A DNA stretch of 64,000 nt from Candidatus Kapaibacterium sp. (GCA_937927515.1 CALBDO010000003.1:1066-65065); one strand, 5' to 3'; positions 43,039-53,537 are shown, numbered from the stretch's first letter. A program made the numbers and translations. The notes: generated by a model not told the origin, from the letters alone.

Positions 43039-43953
43039 ATGAGAATCATCATCACTGATGGAATTGACCAAAAAGGGGAAACAATTTTAAGAAATGCTGG
43101 TCATACTTTAACAATTCGAAAGCTTACACCAGAGGAGCTTATCGCTCAAATTGCAGAATATGATGCAATTATTGTGCGCTCTGCTACAAAAGTAACAAAA
43201 GAAGTAATCGACGCTGGAAAAAACTTAAAGGTTATAGCGCGCGGTGGTGTTGGCTTGGACAATATTGATGTCGAATACGCAAAAAGCAAAGGTATCGAGA
43301 TTCTAAACACACCTGGCGCATCTGCAATTTCAGTAGCCGAACTTGCGATAGCACATATGTTCGCTGTTGCAAGATTTTTGAATTTAAGTAATATTGAAAT
43401 GCGAGAGGGTAAATGGCCCAAAAAAGAGTATTCAAAAGGCATTGAGCTAACTGGCAAAACACTTGGTATTATCGGATTAGGAAACATCGGCAAAGAAGTT
43501 GCCAAACGAGCCATAGGCTTGCAAATGAAAGTATTAGCATACGACCCATATGTTTCCTCCACAGATTTAGATGTCGAGTTAGTCTCGAAAGACGAACTCC
43601 TCGCCCGAGCCGACATCATATCTCTACATTTGCCAAAAATCAAGGGTGAACCACCAGCAATTGCAAAACCTGAATTTGAAAAAATGAAAAATGGTGTTAT
43701 ACTTATTAACTGCGCTCGTGGTGGCGTCGTTTCCGAGAGAGACCTTCTCGAAGCCCTTAATAATGGCAAGGTTCTTGCTGCTGGTATAGACGTATTCGAG
43801 AATGAGCCACCAACAGAAGCCCAAAAGAATTTAATAAACCACCCAAGAGTGTCTGTAACTCCTCACATCGGTGCCTCCACTGTCGAAGCCCAAGAACGTG
43901 TAGGACTTGAAATAGCACAGAAAGTAGTAGAAGCATTGGCAAAATATTATTAA
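43039..43953 (+). CDS. serA: D-3-phosphoglycerate dehydrogenase (short form without ACT domain)
   Basis: VRSAT, RGGVGLDNID, GLGNIG, NCARGG, DVFENEP and TPHIGAST; adjacent to DUF1015. Confidence 0.8.
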   Translation: MRIIITDGIDQKGETILRNAGHTLTIRKLTPEELIAQIAEYDAIIVRSATKVTKEVIDAGKNLKVIARGGVGLDNIDVEYAKSKGIEILNTPGASAISVAELAIAHMFAVARFLNLSNIEMREGKWPKKEYSKGIELTGKTLGIIGLGNIGKEVAKRAIGLQMKVLAYDPYVSSTDLDVELVSKDELLARADIISLHLPKIKGEPPAIAKPEFEKMKNGVILINCARGGVVSERDLLEALNNGKVLAAGIDVFENEPPTEAQKNLINHPRVSVTPHIGASTVEAQERVGLEIAQKVVEALAKYY

Positions 43954-43967
43954 TCTTTGGAGGATTT

Positions 43968-45209
43968 ATGCCAACCTTCAAACCATTTCGAGCATACAGA
44001 CCTAAACCAGAATTTGCCGCAAAAGTGGCTGCAAAGCCATACGACGTACTATCCTCCGAAGAGGCGCGTTTGGAAGCAAAAGACAATCCTCTATCTTTTT
44101 TGCACGTGGGGAAACCCGAAATTGACCTCGACCCAACCATCGACTTATATGACCCAAAAGTATATGAGAAAGGACGTGAAAATTTAATGCGCTTTATCTC
44201 CGAAGGTATTTTGTTCCAAGACGCTGAACCATATTTCTACGTCTGGGCACAAACGATGAACGACAGAACCCAAATTGGTTTGGTTGGCTGTGCGTCGGTG
44301 GATGACTACTGGAACGATATAATCAAAAAACACGAAAAGACAAGGAAAGATAAAGAGGAAGACAGATGTAATCATGTTCGAGTAACTAATGCACATACCG
44401 GACCTATTTTTTTAACATATCGAGACAATTCAAAAATCGATGAAATTGTGAACAACATCATAACAAACGTTCCAGTTTACGATTTTATCTCGGAAGATAA
44501 TGTTCGGCAAAGAGTATGGGTTATTTCCAACAAAGAGACAATAAAAAAAATCCAAGACATAATGAACGAAATTGATTACTTTTATGTCGCCGATGGACAC
44601 CATCGTTCCGCTGCAGCAGCTATTGTTGGAAGAGAACGACAACTATCAAACCCCAACCATCGCGGAGACGAGGAATATAACTTCTTCCTTGCTGTACTTT
44701 TCCCAGCGAGCCACCTTATGATAATGGATTATAATCGGCTAGTTAAAGATTTAAACAATTTGCACGAAAAGGAATTTTTCGAGAAATTATCGCAGGTTGC
44801 TTTTATTGAAATTGCATCCGAAAGGTTCAAACCCAAGCACAAGGGCGAGGTCGGAATGTACTACAAAGGTAACTGGTATAAATTATTATTTAGGCCAGAA
44901 ATTTGTGCAACAGACGACCCTGTAGAAAAACTTGATGTTTCAATCTTACAAAAACATGTTCTATCGCCTATCCTCGGCATCGACGACCCAAGCACCTCGA
45001 AACGCATCGACTTCGTTGGAGGCATTCGTGGTTTAGAAGAACTTGAACGAAAAGTCAATTCTGGCGAATGGAGCTTAGCTTTCGCAATGTTTCCTACTTC
45101 GATAAACGAACTACTTTCAATAGCAGATGCTGGAAAAATTATGCCACCAAAATCTACTTGGTTCGAGCCAAAACTTAAAGATGGTCTTTTTGTTCATTTT
45201 TTAGATTAA
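43968..45209 (+). CDS. DUF1015 family protein
   Basis: PYDV, KKHEKTR, YVADGHHRSAAA and MPPKSTWFEPKL. Confidence 0.9.
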   Translation: MPTFKPFRAYRPKPEFAAKVAAKPYDVLSSEEARLEAKDNPLSFLHVGKPEIDLDPTIDLYDPKVYEKGRENLMRFISEGILFQDAEPYFYVWAQTMNDRTQIGLVGCASVDDYWNDIIKKHEKTRKDKEEDRCNHVRVTNAHTGPIFLTYRDNSKIDEIVNNIITNVPVYDFISEDNVRQRVWVISNKETIKKIQDIMNEIDYFYVADGHHRSAAAAIVGRERQLSNPNHRGDEEYNFFLAVLFPASHLMIMDYNRLVKDLNNLHEKEFFEKLSQVAFIEIASERFKPKHKGEVGMYYKGNWYKLLFRPEICATDDPVEKLDVSILQKHVLSPILGIDDPSTSKRIDFVGGIRGLEELERKVNSGEWSLAFAMFPTSINELLSIADAGKIMPPKSTWFEPKLKDGLFVHFLD

Positions 45210-45252
45210 CTCGAAACTTCTTGAAGATTAGTTTTACTAATTAAAATTTATC

Positions 45253-45500
45253 TCAGTCTAATACGAATTTTGCTTTTTCAAAAGCAATGTAATATTTTTT
45301 TGGAATTCCATTAGTAACTATTTCACTATAGTTATCGTATATTCTTTGTTCTAATATTGCAGAGACCTGCTTGATACCAAATGAAATTCTATCGTTTTCA
45401 CTAAGTAAAGCGTTTGCTTTTACAAATCGTGTAAGCATTATGTAGTAAATTTACCCGAGCATTTAAATTCAATTATTTTATTTAATTCAACCTTATGTTC
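45253..45500 (-). pseudogene. Gene remnant, possibly the tail of a PD-(D/E)XK nuclease
   Basis: Short ORF with AILEQ...Y...YYIAF plus an upstream out-of-frame IIEFK; weak resemblance only. Confidence 0.3.
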
Positions 45501-45543
45501 GCTTTGGAATGGTTTATTCAAGCTTGAAAAAATTTTTACCCAT

Positions 45544-46004
45544 TCATTTAATTACAACAAAAGGCTATGAAAGTGTTTAATTTGCCAGTCTCAAGACAGC
45601 GGTATTTACGCCCTCGGAAAAGTGACTACAATCGACCCGTAGCATTCAACTATAGGCATTTATAGATAAAATTCCCTATTCTACCCATTTTTGTTCTTTC
45701 CCATAAACGTTAAAATTATAATAATAATATCATTCGCTGTACGTAGTAAGTCCTAATACAATATGCTCGTAAAATAATCTCGAGCGGCAATTTGGTACAA
45801 TGGAAATTTGTATTAATATACAAACCCCTTCCCGAGTTGTGGCTCCACTGGTAAATACTTCGGTGCAAAATAAATAACTTTTGCTGAGTTAAGTTCATAC
45901 AATCTTTTAAACAAACCCGGGCCATTTTCTTTCACTTCAACTGAATCGTAAACGTTTAAACTATGAGCTCCCAAAAGTGAGAAAATATAAGGACTTAATA
46001 TCAT
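45544..46004 (-). pseudogene. Decayed T9SS-secreted protein gene
   Basis: Reading through stops gives FNVYGKEQKWVE*GILSINAYS*MLRVDCSHFSEGVNTAVLRLAN*TLS*PFVVIK*, a T9SS type A CTD pattern with 4 internal stops; fragmented ORFs lie upstream. Confidence 0.65.
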
Positions 46005-46840
46005 ATTTAAATGTAAGCAAAGTATAACTAAATATAAAGTAATTAAAATTGGGTGGAAAGGATAATGAATTCAAGGGGGGAATAATTTATTCTATTACTT
46101 GTTCACTGCAATTGGTTCGAATTAAAAATTAATAGGTAATTTTTTTAAATGTCATATAAATTGATTCTAACCTGGTTGTAATTCAGAATAAAATTCTTAC
46201 CAACTCCTTCCAAAATCCCCGAAAAAATAATGAATGTGATTTTATGAAGCAAATAATACTATCTTTAATCAGAAGATCGCTTCTCTAAAGGGGTAAATTT
46301 TTGTCTTGTATGATTGAATCAAGTAGATTGAATGATTTATCGAAAAGATAGAAATAACAATTTAGAGCTGAATCAATAACTTTGGTTCGATATCAAGAGA
46401 AAACATATAACATTCTACCCTTTATAATTGCAACCTCGCTTAAAGTAAAGAATGCCGAGTCAGTGGTGAAGAGATGATTAGGTAAAAAAATTCTTTTTCG
46501 AGAAGCGAAAATAAAATGCAAATACAAAGATAAAGTAGAGATGATATTCTTACACATCTGGTGGTTCAGGGCATTTGGAACGAAACAATTTTGCTGGTTG
46601 TAGAGCATCAAACGATTGGGAAGTGGCTGTGTCCCCTACCCTTTGTATATAAGTTATTATTTCACATCGAGTTAGATAAAGATAATTTTAAGCCATAGTA
46701 TTAATTTGCACATCAGTGTTCATGAAACATGAGCAAATTTTTGCCAAAAATTTGCCATTTATATCATTAAATCAATCATTGACAAGAATGGTAAAAAATT
46801 GAAATTTGTAATATGGAGGGGAACGGTATGAAATGCTATT

Positions 46841-46909
46841 GTAGAGGAATGCTATACCCCTACGTGTGTAGATGTTGTTTTTCGAGGGCACGGTGTTCCG
46901 TGCGCCCAC
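46841..46909. repeat. Degenerate GTAG-type REP-like palindromes
   Basis: GTAGAGG...CCCCTAC and GGGCACGG-TGTT-CCGTGCGCCC; related halves near 46630 (GTCCCCTAC) and 47040 (CCGTGCCCCAC). Confidence 0.45.
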
Positions 46910-47278
46910 GTATGTTGCTTTGGTCGAATTGCTATCCGCTCTTACAAGATGAATAATCTATTTATATATCATCATCCGTTTCATCAGGTTGAGATAACCC
47001 ATAGCGAGGCAAATGAGTTCCTGGGAGAAAAACTAGTTCCCGTGCCCCACAGTTATTAACCCCAAAATGGTTATTATTGATAAGTTACCATAGTAAAATA
47101 AAGATGGAAAAATTAACAATACTTATGGAATCTAAAAAAATCCAAAACATTTTAAAAAAAATTAAATTTATGCTTTTAAAACAGATTTTTTTTTCTTATT
47201 TTGCTATTTGTTAAAAATTTTTTTTACAATTTAATTTTTGATTTAAGTGATGGTTTTACTTTACGGAGGGTTGATAAT

Positions 47279-47695
47279 ATGATATTTAGATTTACAATTC
47301 AATGTTTATTGATTTCACTATTTGCTTTTTTAGTTAATGGATGTGGTGGTAATAATTCCAGCAGTGGAGAATTCACGGTTGTGCAGGATGTAAAAGTTGG
47401 AGCCTTCGATGCCAGCCTTGCTGCTAAAGGTGAACAAATCTTTAAAATGAAATGCATAGCCTGTCACCAATATGACAAGAGGTTAGTAGGACCTCCTTTG
47501 CGAGATGTAGCAAAGCGACGTAGTGCAAATTACATAATCAGTATGATTATTTCACCTGAAGAAATGCAGGAAAAAAACGACACAGTCAAAGCCTTAGTTC
47601 AACAATATATGACAAAGATGACGAATCAAAATGTGACATTAGACGATGCACGTGCTATTTACGAACATTTACGTGAAATTGCTGGACTTAAATAG
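47279..47695 (+). CDS. Monoheme cytochrome c lipoprotein, probable NosZ electron donor
   Basis: Lipobox VNGC, CIACH, VGPPL and distal Met; GGAGG SD before ATG 47279; precedes nosZ. Confidence 0.88.
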   Translation: MIFRFTIQCLLISLFAFLVNGCGGNNSSSGEFTVVQDVKVGAFDASLAAKGEQIFKMKCIACHQYDKRLVGPPLRDVAKRRSANYIISMIISPEEMQEKNDTVKALVQQYMTKMTNQNVTLDDARAIYEHLREIAGLK

Positions 47696-47732
47696 ATTTG
47701 TTTTTCCAAATTATTTTATTGGGGGAGGTATT

Positions 47733-49682
47733 ATGAAAAGCAAATTGATGATTGGATTTGTTGCATCCACAATCCTCTTCGTTGCAATTTTATTTTTTGG
47801 TTGCCCTTCGAGTAAGAAAGGCTTAGTCGAGGGAGACGCTGCTGTGAAAGTTTACGTTCCACCTGGAAAGCATGATGAATTCTATGCTTTCTTATCTGGT
47901 GGATTTAGCGGACAGGTTTCTGTCTATGGTATTCCAAGTGGAAGGTTGCTAAGGGTAATTCCCGTCTTCTCCCAAAATCCCGAAAACGGGTACGGGTATT
48001 CAGAGGAGACAAAAGCTTTGCTGTACACCACACACGGATTTATTCCTTGGGATGACTCCCACCATCCCAAGCTATCCCAAACCAATGGTGTTGCAGACGG
48101 GCGGTGGCTTTTTATTAACTCAAATAATACCCCACGAATTGCTCGAATCGATTTATCAACATTCCGAACAGTCGAAATAATCGAAATTCCAAATAGCGGT
48201 GGAAACCATGCCTCACCTTTCGTTACAGAAAACACTGAATATGTCGTTGCAGCAACAAGATTTAGCGTACCAATTCCACAAGAAGACGTTGAAATCGCAA
48301 GTTACAAAGATAAATTCAAAGGAACTATATCTTTTATCAAGGTAGACCAGCAAACTGGACGAATGAATATCGCATTCCAAATACTTATGCCCGGTTACAA
48401 TTATGACCTCAGCCATGCAGGAAAGGGCAAGTCGCATGGCTGGTTCTTTTTCAGTTCATACAATACGGAACAAGCACACACCTTGCTCGAAGTCAATGCG
48501 AGTCAAAACGATAAAGACTTTATTGCTGCTGTGAACTGGAAGAAGGCAGAAGAATACGTTGCACAAGGCAAAGCCCACGAAATCTCTGGAATTCATTATC
48601 ATAATGTTTTCGATGAGAAAAAACAAACTGCGTATTCTGAAATAATTGACAAGGTAAAAATATTGATACCCGAAGAATGCCCCGGGCTAGTTTACTTTAT
48701 CCCCACACCCAAGTCGCCACATGGTTGTGATGTAGACCCCGAAGGAGAATATATTGTGGGTGGCGGTAAACTGGCTACTGTCATTCCGGTCTTTTCATTT
48801 ACTAAAATGCTGAAAGCAATAGAAGAGAAAAAATTTGATAAGACCATCGACGGTATCCCTGTCTTGAACTACGAAGCTGTTCTTGCCGGAGAAGTTCAAA
48901 ATCCCGGATTAGGACCACTTCACACTGAATTCGATGGAAAAGGATATGCATATACCTCTGTATTTATCTCTTCCGAGGTAATTAAATGGAGCTTAAAGGA
49001 TTTCAAAGTCGTCGATAGAATCCCTGTTTACTACTCTGTCGGGCATTTATGCCTTCCTGGTGGAGACACGAAGAAACCTACACCTAAGTACGTTCTTGCA
49101 ATGAATAAAATAACAAAAGACCGATATTTGCCAACTGGACCAGAGCTTGCTCAATCTGCACAACTAATTGATATAACCGGGGAAAAGATGAAATTGCTTT
49201 CCGACTTTCCTACGGTCGGCGAGCCTCACTATGCACAAATGATACCAGCCGAGGTGATAAAAGACAAATCCGTAAAAATATATAAACTCGAAGAAAATCA
49301 ACATCCACATAGAACACTTAGCCCAGACCAAGTAAAAGTAATTAGGAACGGCAAGGAAGTCCATGTCTATATGGTCGCTATTCGTTCACACTTCACTCCG
49401 GATAACATCGAGGGTATAAAAGTCGGTGATGAGGTTTATTTCCATGTTACGAATTTAGAACAAGACTGGGATATTCCTCACGGCTTTGCTATCTTTGGTT
49501 CAAATAATGCGGAACTATTAATAATGCCCGGAGAGACGTTGACATTGAAATGGACTCCTAAATACCCTGGTGTATTTCCATTCTACTGCACGGATTTCTG
49601 CTCTGCATTGCATCAGGAAATGCAAGGCTATGTTCGCGTTTCACCAGCAAACTCTAAAGTTAATTTGACTTGGAATAAATAA
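47733..49682 (+). CDS. nosZ: Nitrous-oxide reductase, clade II (Sec-dependent)
   Basis: Sec/lipoprotein signal without twin Arg; DSHH, GNH, KSPHG, GPLHT, SVGH, EPHY; CuA site HG...CTDFCSALHQEM. Confidence 0.96.
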   Translation: MKSKLMIGFVASTILFVAILFFGCPSSKKGLVEGDAAVKVYVPPGKHDEFYAFLSGGFSGQVSVYGIPSGRLLRVIPVFSQNPENGYGYSEETKALLYTTHGFIPWDDSHHPKLSQTNGVADGRWLFINSNNTPRIARIDLSTFRTVEIIEIPNSGGNHASPFVTENTEYVVAATRFSVPIPQEDVEIASYKDKFKGTISFIKVDQQTGRMNIAFQILMPGYNYDLSHAGKGKSHGWFFFSSYNTEQAHTLLEVNASQNDKDFIAAVNWKKAEEYVAQGKAHEISGIHYHNVFDEKKQTAYSEIIDKVKILIPEECPGLVYFIPTPKSPHGCDVDPEGEYIVGGGKLATVIPVFSFTKMLKAIEEKKFDKTIDGIPVLNYEAVLAGEVQNPGLGPLHTEFDGKGYAYTSVFISSEVIKWSLKDFKVVDRIPVYYSVGHLCLPGGDTKKPTPKYVLAMNKITKDRYLPTGPELAQSAQLIDITGEKMKLLSDFPTVGEPHYAQMIPAEVIKDKSVKIYKLEENQHPHRTLSPDQVKVIRNGKEVHVYMVAIRSHFTPDNIEGIKVGDEVYFHVTNLEQDWDIPHGFAIFGSNNAELLIMPGETLTLKWTPKYPGVFPFYCTDFCSALHQEMQGYVRVSPANSKVNLTWNK

Positions 49683-49696
49683 AATCGTTAAAAGTA

Positions 49697-49742
49697 AGGC
49701 TGTCGAAATGGGACTCATCCCAAAGCGACAGCCTCTTTTTTA
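49697..49742 (+). terminator. Hairpin with U-tract between nosZ and nosB
   Basis: AGGCTGTCG/CGACAGCCT outer stem, inner TGGGA/TCCCA, followed by T7. Confidence 0.75.
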
Positions 49743-49767
49743 TTAAGGTTATTGAAGGTATTGATTC

Positions 49768-50352
49768 ATGAAAATCTCGAATAATTTAATGAGAATTGGA
49801 AGTTTAATTCTTGTCTTTGTTTATTTTGTCCCAATTTGGTACATTTCGCTCGATGCCCCTCAATTTCCCGAAGGTCTTGGGCTTTACATTTACGTAAACA
49901 GTATAAAAGGATTTAAACCAAATGACTTAGAAAGCCTTAATGTTCTTAATCATTACATAGGGATGAAAAAAATTGTTCCCGAGGAAATTCCTGAATTTAA
50001 AATCATACCAATAATCATTGGAGCATTAATTGTTCTTGGATTAATCTTTTCATTCATAAGGAAAAACCAGTTGAAGTTACTTTGGATAGGATTGGTGTTT
50101 TTAGGTGCTGTTGTTGGTATCTACGATTATTATCGATGGGGCTATGACTATGGACACAATCTTAACCCCAATGCAATTATTAAAGTACCCGGAATGGCAT
50201 ACCAACCACCATTGATTGGCGGTAAGCAATTGCTTAATATTTATGTTTTTTCATTCCCATATTGGGGTGTTGGAATCATCGTTCTTTCAATGGTTCTGGT
50301 TGCACTTTCTTATTATTATGGACAAAAAGAAAAACCATATGTCAGTGTTTAG
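49768..50352 (+). CDS. nosB: NosB-like membrane protein of clade II nos clusters
   Basis: W.I.L.APQFPEGL, LNHYIGM, W.YDYGHNL.P.A and YQPPLIG.K.LLN; directly after nosZ. Confidence 0.85.
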   Translation: MKISNNLMRIGSLILVFVYFVPIWYISLDAPQFPEGLGLYIYVNSIKGFKPNDLESLNVLNHYIGMKKIVPEEIPEFKIIPIIIGALIVLGLIFSFIRKNQLKLLWIGLVFLGAVVGIYDYYRWGYDYGHNLNPNAIIKVPGMAYQPPLIGGKQLLNIYVFSFPYWGVGIIVLSMVLVALSYYYGQKEKPYVSV

Positions 50353-50794
50353 AAAGATAATTTTAATATTTTTAGTGGTTGTTCTATATGGTTGCGAGAT
50401 AAAGCGACCTGAATCTATTCGATATGGTATAGACATTTGTAATTTCTGTAAGATGACCATTGTGGACCCTAAATGGGGAGCCGAAATCATCACCGATAAA
50501 GGCAAAGTGCTCAAATTCGATGTGGTCGAATGCATGATTTCTTATTATTACACTTCTATAGACACTAACAAAGTTCATTCAATGTATACAATCGATTTCA
50601 CAAGCCCAGGAAACTTTATTTATGCTAAGCAAGCCAAATACATACGAACTCTTCAATTTCCATCTCCGATGGGTTTAAATGTTATCTCTTTGAAGTCTTT
50701 TGAAGATACAGTTAAACTAGGTTTAAAAAACGAATACGAAACTTTAGATTGGTGGGAGGTTGTTGAAAAAGTAAAGGATGAAATACTTCAGTAA
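50339..50794 (+). CDS. nosL: Copper chaperone lipoprotein NosL
   Basis: Lipobox LYGC, CNFCKMTI, FD.VECM and SPMG; start MSVFRK at 50339. Confidence 0.9.
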   Translation: MSVFRKIILIFLVVVLYGCEIKRPESIRYGIDICNFCKMTIVDPKWGAEIITDKGKVLKFDVVECMISYYYTSIDTNKVHSMYTIDFTSPGNFIYAKQAKYIRTLQFPSPMGLNVISLKSFEDTVKLGLKNEYETLDWWEVVEKVKDEILQ

Positions 50795-52034
50795 GTTGTT
50801 TCGTTTATTTCTTTTTTTCGGATTCACTTTGTTGATTTTACGGAACGTTGCTATCACTGCAATCTATGTTGGTGCTGGTGAAAGTATTGTTTCAATTCAA
50901 AGAGCCGTAGAAATTGCCAAGCCAAACGATACCATAATATTAAGAAAAGGAATTTTCATCGAAAATAATATTCAGATATTTAAACCAATAACCTTGATTG
51001 GAGAAAATGAAGCAGTAATTGATTGCAATAATGCTAATGCAAATGGAATCCTCGTTACATCCAATGATGTTATTATCAAGAACTTAATCATCAGAAATAT
51101 AGGAATTAGCTATGTATCCGACAATGCCGCAATAAAATTTCAAAAATCCTATAATTGTAAAGTCTCGGATATTGTTGTTGAAAATGGATTCTTCGGTATT
51201 TACCTAGCAAAATCCAAAAACTTATCAATCACAAATTGTCGGTTAATTGCCACTCGAAGGATAGAATCGAATTCCGGAAATGGCATTCATCTGTGGTATT
51301 GTTCAAATGTCTTAATATCTGGTAATCAAGTTATAAATCATAGGGATGGAATATATTTTGAATTTGTTACAAATGCACTGATTCAGAAAAATGTGTGTAA
51401 GAACAATCTACGCTATGGCTTGCATTTTATGTTTTCCGACAGCTGTTCATATGTAGACAATGTATTTTCTATGAATGGGGCTGGCGTAGCAGTTATGTAT
51501 ACAAAATATGTTTTTATGCACAAAAATCATTTTGAACATAACTGGGGTCCAAGTTCTTACGGGTTGTTGTTGAAAGACATACGCGATAGCTACGTCGGCT
51601 ACAATAATTTCAATCGAAACACAACTGGTGTATACTTGGAAGGTTCCAATAGAATTCTATTCGAACATAATAATTTCATACAAAACGGTTGGGCTGTACG
51701 CATCACTGCTAATTGTGAACAAAATACATTCCGCAAAAACAATTTCATTAGTAATACATTCGAAGTAATTACAAATAGTGTGCAAAACTTCAATTATTTC
51801 TATATGAACTATTGGAGTGGTTATTCTGGTTACGACCTAAATAAGGATGGTATTGGCGACGTTCCTCATGTTCCTGTTACACTTTTCTCTATCATTGCCG
51901 AGAGTAATGTTTCGAGTTTGGTGCTACTACGCAGTTTTTTTGTTGATATATTAGAAACAGCAGAAAAGATTTTCCCTTCAATAGTGCCAAAATTAATTGT
52001 GGACAAATACCCTTCAATTCGTATAATTCAATGA
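50778..52034 (+). CDS. nosD: Nitrous-oxide reductase maturation protein NosD
   Basis: Beta-helix with GNGIHLW, RDGIY, RYGLHFMFS and NYWSGY.GYDL.KDG.GD. Confidence 0.93.
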   Translation: MKYFSKLFRLFLFFGFTLLILRNVAITAIYVGAGESIVSIQRAVEIAKPNDTIILRKGIFIENNIQIFKPITLIGENEAVIDCNNANANGILVTSNDVIIKNLIIRNIGISYVSDNAAIKFQKSYNCKVSDIVVENGFFGIYLAKSKNLSITNCRLIATRRIESNSGNGIHLWYCSNVLISGNQVINHRDGIYFEFVTNALIQKNVCKNNLRYGLHFMFSDSCSYVDNVFSMNGAGVAVMYTKYVFMHKNHFEHNWGPSSYGLLLKDIRDSYVGYNNFNRNTTGVYLEGSNRILFEHNNFIQNGWAVRITANCEQNTFRKNNFISNTFEVITNSVQNFNYFYMNYWSGYSGYDLNKDGIGDVPHVPVTLFSIIAESNVSSLVLLRSFFVDILETAEKIFPSIVPKLIVDKYPSIRIIQ

Positions 52035-52771
52035 TTGAATTTAGAAACGTCTCAAAAAAATTTGGTAGACAAAAAGTACTCCGAGATATAACACTCACCA
52101 TTAACCGCAACAAAATAACTGCCATTGTTGGGCCAAACGGCTCAGGCAAAACTACATTAATTAAATGTATCCTTGGATTGGTTGAAATCGATGATGGTGA
52201 AATTCTATTCGATGGTTCTAACATTAATAAAAACATTAGTTATCGCAATAGAATTGGATATATGCCACAGGTGGGATATTATCCCGAAAATCTCCGTGTA
52301 AGTGAAATCATTGAACTGATAAAAAGCCTCAGAAGAAATACGGTTCAGCAGAACATAGACAATTTAATACACATCTTTGCTTTGGAACCATATCTGGATA
52401 AATTTATTCGAAACTTATCAGGTGGCACTATACAAAAAATTAGCGCTGTTATAGCTTTTATGTTCGACTCCGACATTTACATACTCGACGAACCTACCGC
52501 CGGTTTAGACCCTGTTGCGGTTGTCGAACTTAAAAATTTGATTCGCATGCATAAAAATCGCGGTGCTACTTTTGTTGTTATTACTCATCAACTATCAGAG
52601 GTAGAAACATTTGCAGACCACCTTGTTTTCTTATTGAACGGTCGCATTGTAATCGACGACGAAATTCACTCGTTTGTTAAATCCACAGGAAAGACAAACC
52701 TTGAAGATTCAATTATACATTTTTTAAAAGAACAGTCCCAAATATTACTTAACAATGGATATAACACATAA
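52031..52771 (+). CDS. nosF: ABC ATPase NosF
   Basis: GPNGSGKTT, LSGG and LDEPTAGLDP; between nosD and nosY. Confidence 0.88.
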   Translation: MIEFRNVSKKFGRQKVLRDITLTINRNKITAIVGPNGSGKTTLIKCILGLVEIDDGEILFDGSNINKNISYRNRIGYMPQVGYYPENLRVSEIIELIKSLRRNTVQQNIDNLIHIFALEPYLDKFIRNLSGGTIQKISAVIAFMFDSDIYILDEPTAGLDPVAVVELKNLIRMHKNRGATFVVITHQLSEVETFADHLVFLLNGRIVIDDEIHSFVKSTGKTNLEDSIIHFLKEQSQILLNNGYNT

Positions 52772-53537
52772 AGTCGCAAGATTTCAAATACGAAATGTTT
52801 TACGTTCGCTTTGGCTCATTATTTATGCAATCGGTTTAGCACTTTCTACAATGATGATTATTTACTTTACAAACGACAGTTCAAAAGTAGCAGTAAGTCT
52901 TTTGACAATCACTCTCGTGCTGAATCCATTAGTAAGTATTCTTTTTGGTAGCATTTATATTTACAATGCACGTGAATTTATCGAGCTTGTATTAACTCAA
53001 CCTATCGAACGACACTCTATTTTCCTTGGCATATTTTTGGGTCTTGTTCTACCATTCGTCACTGTCACCCTTGTTGGAATAGGATTTCCTCTTTTATTCA
53101 GTGGAGCAATTGAACTTCCCTTAGCATTTAGTTTACTCATGATGGGAATTTTGGTTCAAATAATATTCGTATCGCTGGCTAGCCTTCTAACAATATTCAT
53201 TTCTGATAAATCGGTTGGTTTAGGCATTGCTTTCCTTGTCTGGCTAACACTTTGCTGGATATATGATGGTGCAATTCTTTTTATTTCTTTTGCTCTCCAA
53301 GATTATCCAATTGAAAAGGTGTTAGTTATCTTAACGATATTAAATCCAATAGACCTTGCTAGAATTTCCATTTTATCCAAATTAGACACAGCTGCAATGC
53401 TTGGCATAACAGGTGCTATCTTTAAATCTTTTTTAGATGAAACGTTTGGTAATATAATCTCTTTCGCAGTATTTCTTGGATGGATTTTTGTTCCTTTATT
53501 TTTCGCATACCGAAAATTTATTCACAAAGATTTTTAG
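52755..53537 (+). CDS. nosY: ABC permease NosY
   Basis: About 6 transmembrane helices; EL.LTQP..R, LNPIDLAR and C-terminal F..KDF. Confidence 0.88.
   Translation: MDITHKVARFQIRNVLRSLWLIIYAIGLALSTMMIIYFTNDSSKVAVSLLTITLVLNPLVSILFGSIYIYNAREFIELVLTQPIERHSIFLGIFLGLVLPFVTVTLVGIGFPLLFSGAIELPLAFSLLMMGILVQIIFVSLASLLTIFISDKSVGLGIAFLVWLTLCWIYDGAILFISFALQDYPIEKVLVILTILNPIDLARISILSKLDTAAMLGITGAIFKSFLDETFGNIISFAVFLGWIFVPLFFAYRKFIHKDF

Noticed and set aside
43146-43769. 207-aa antisense ORF over serA, and similar ones at 27160-27633, 32363-32887 and 43757-44140
   Set aside because: Shadow frames of well-conserved genes on the opposite strand, with no recognisable motifs.
45544-45720. Stop-codon reassignment as an explanation for the interrupted T9SS domain
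   Set aside because: All three stop types occur and neighbouring genes use the standard code, so pseudogenisation is simpler.
46393-46611. 72-aa ORF in the decayed region
   Set aside because: No SD, signal peptide or recognisable motif; probably spurious.
47238-47251. FNR/CRP-like box upstream of the nos operon (TTGAT-N4-GTGAT)
   Set aside because: The second half-site is poor and such matches are expected in AT-rich DNA.
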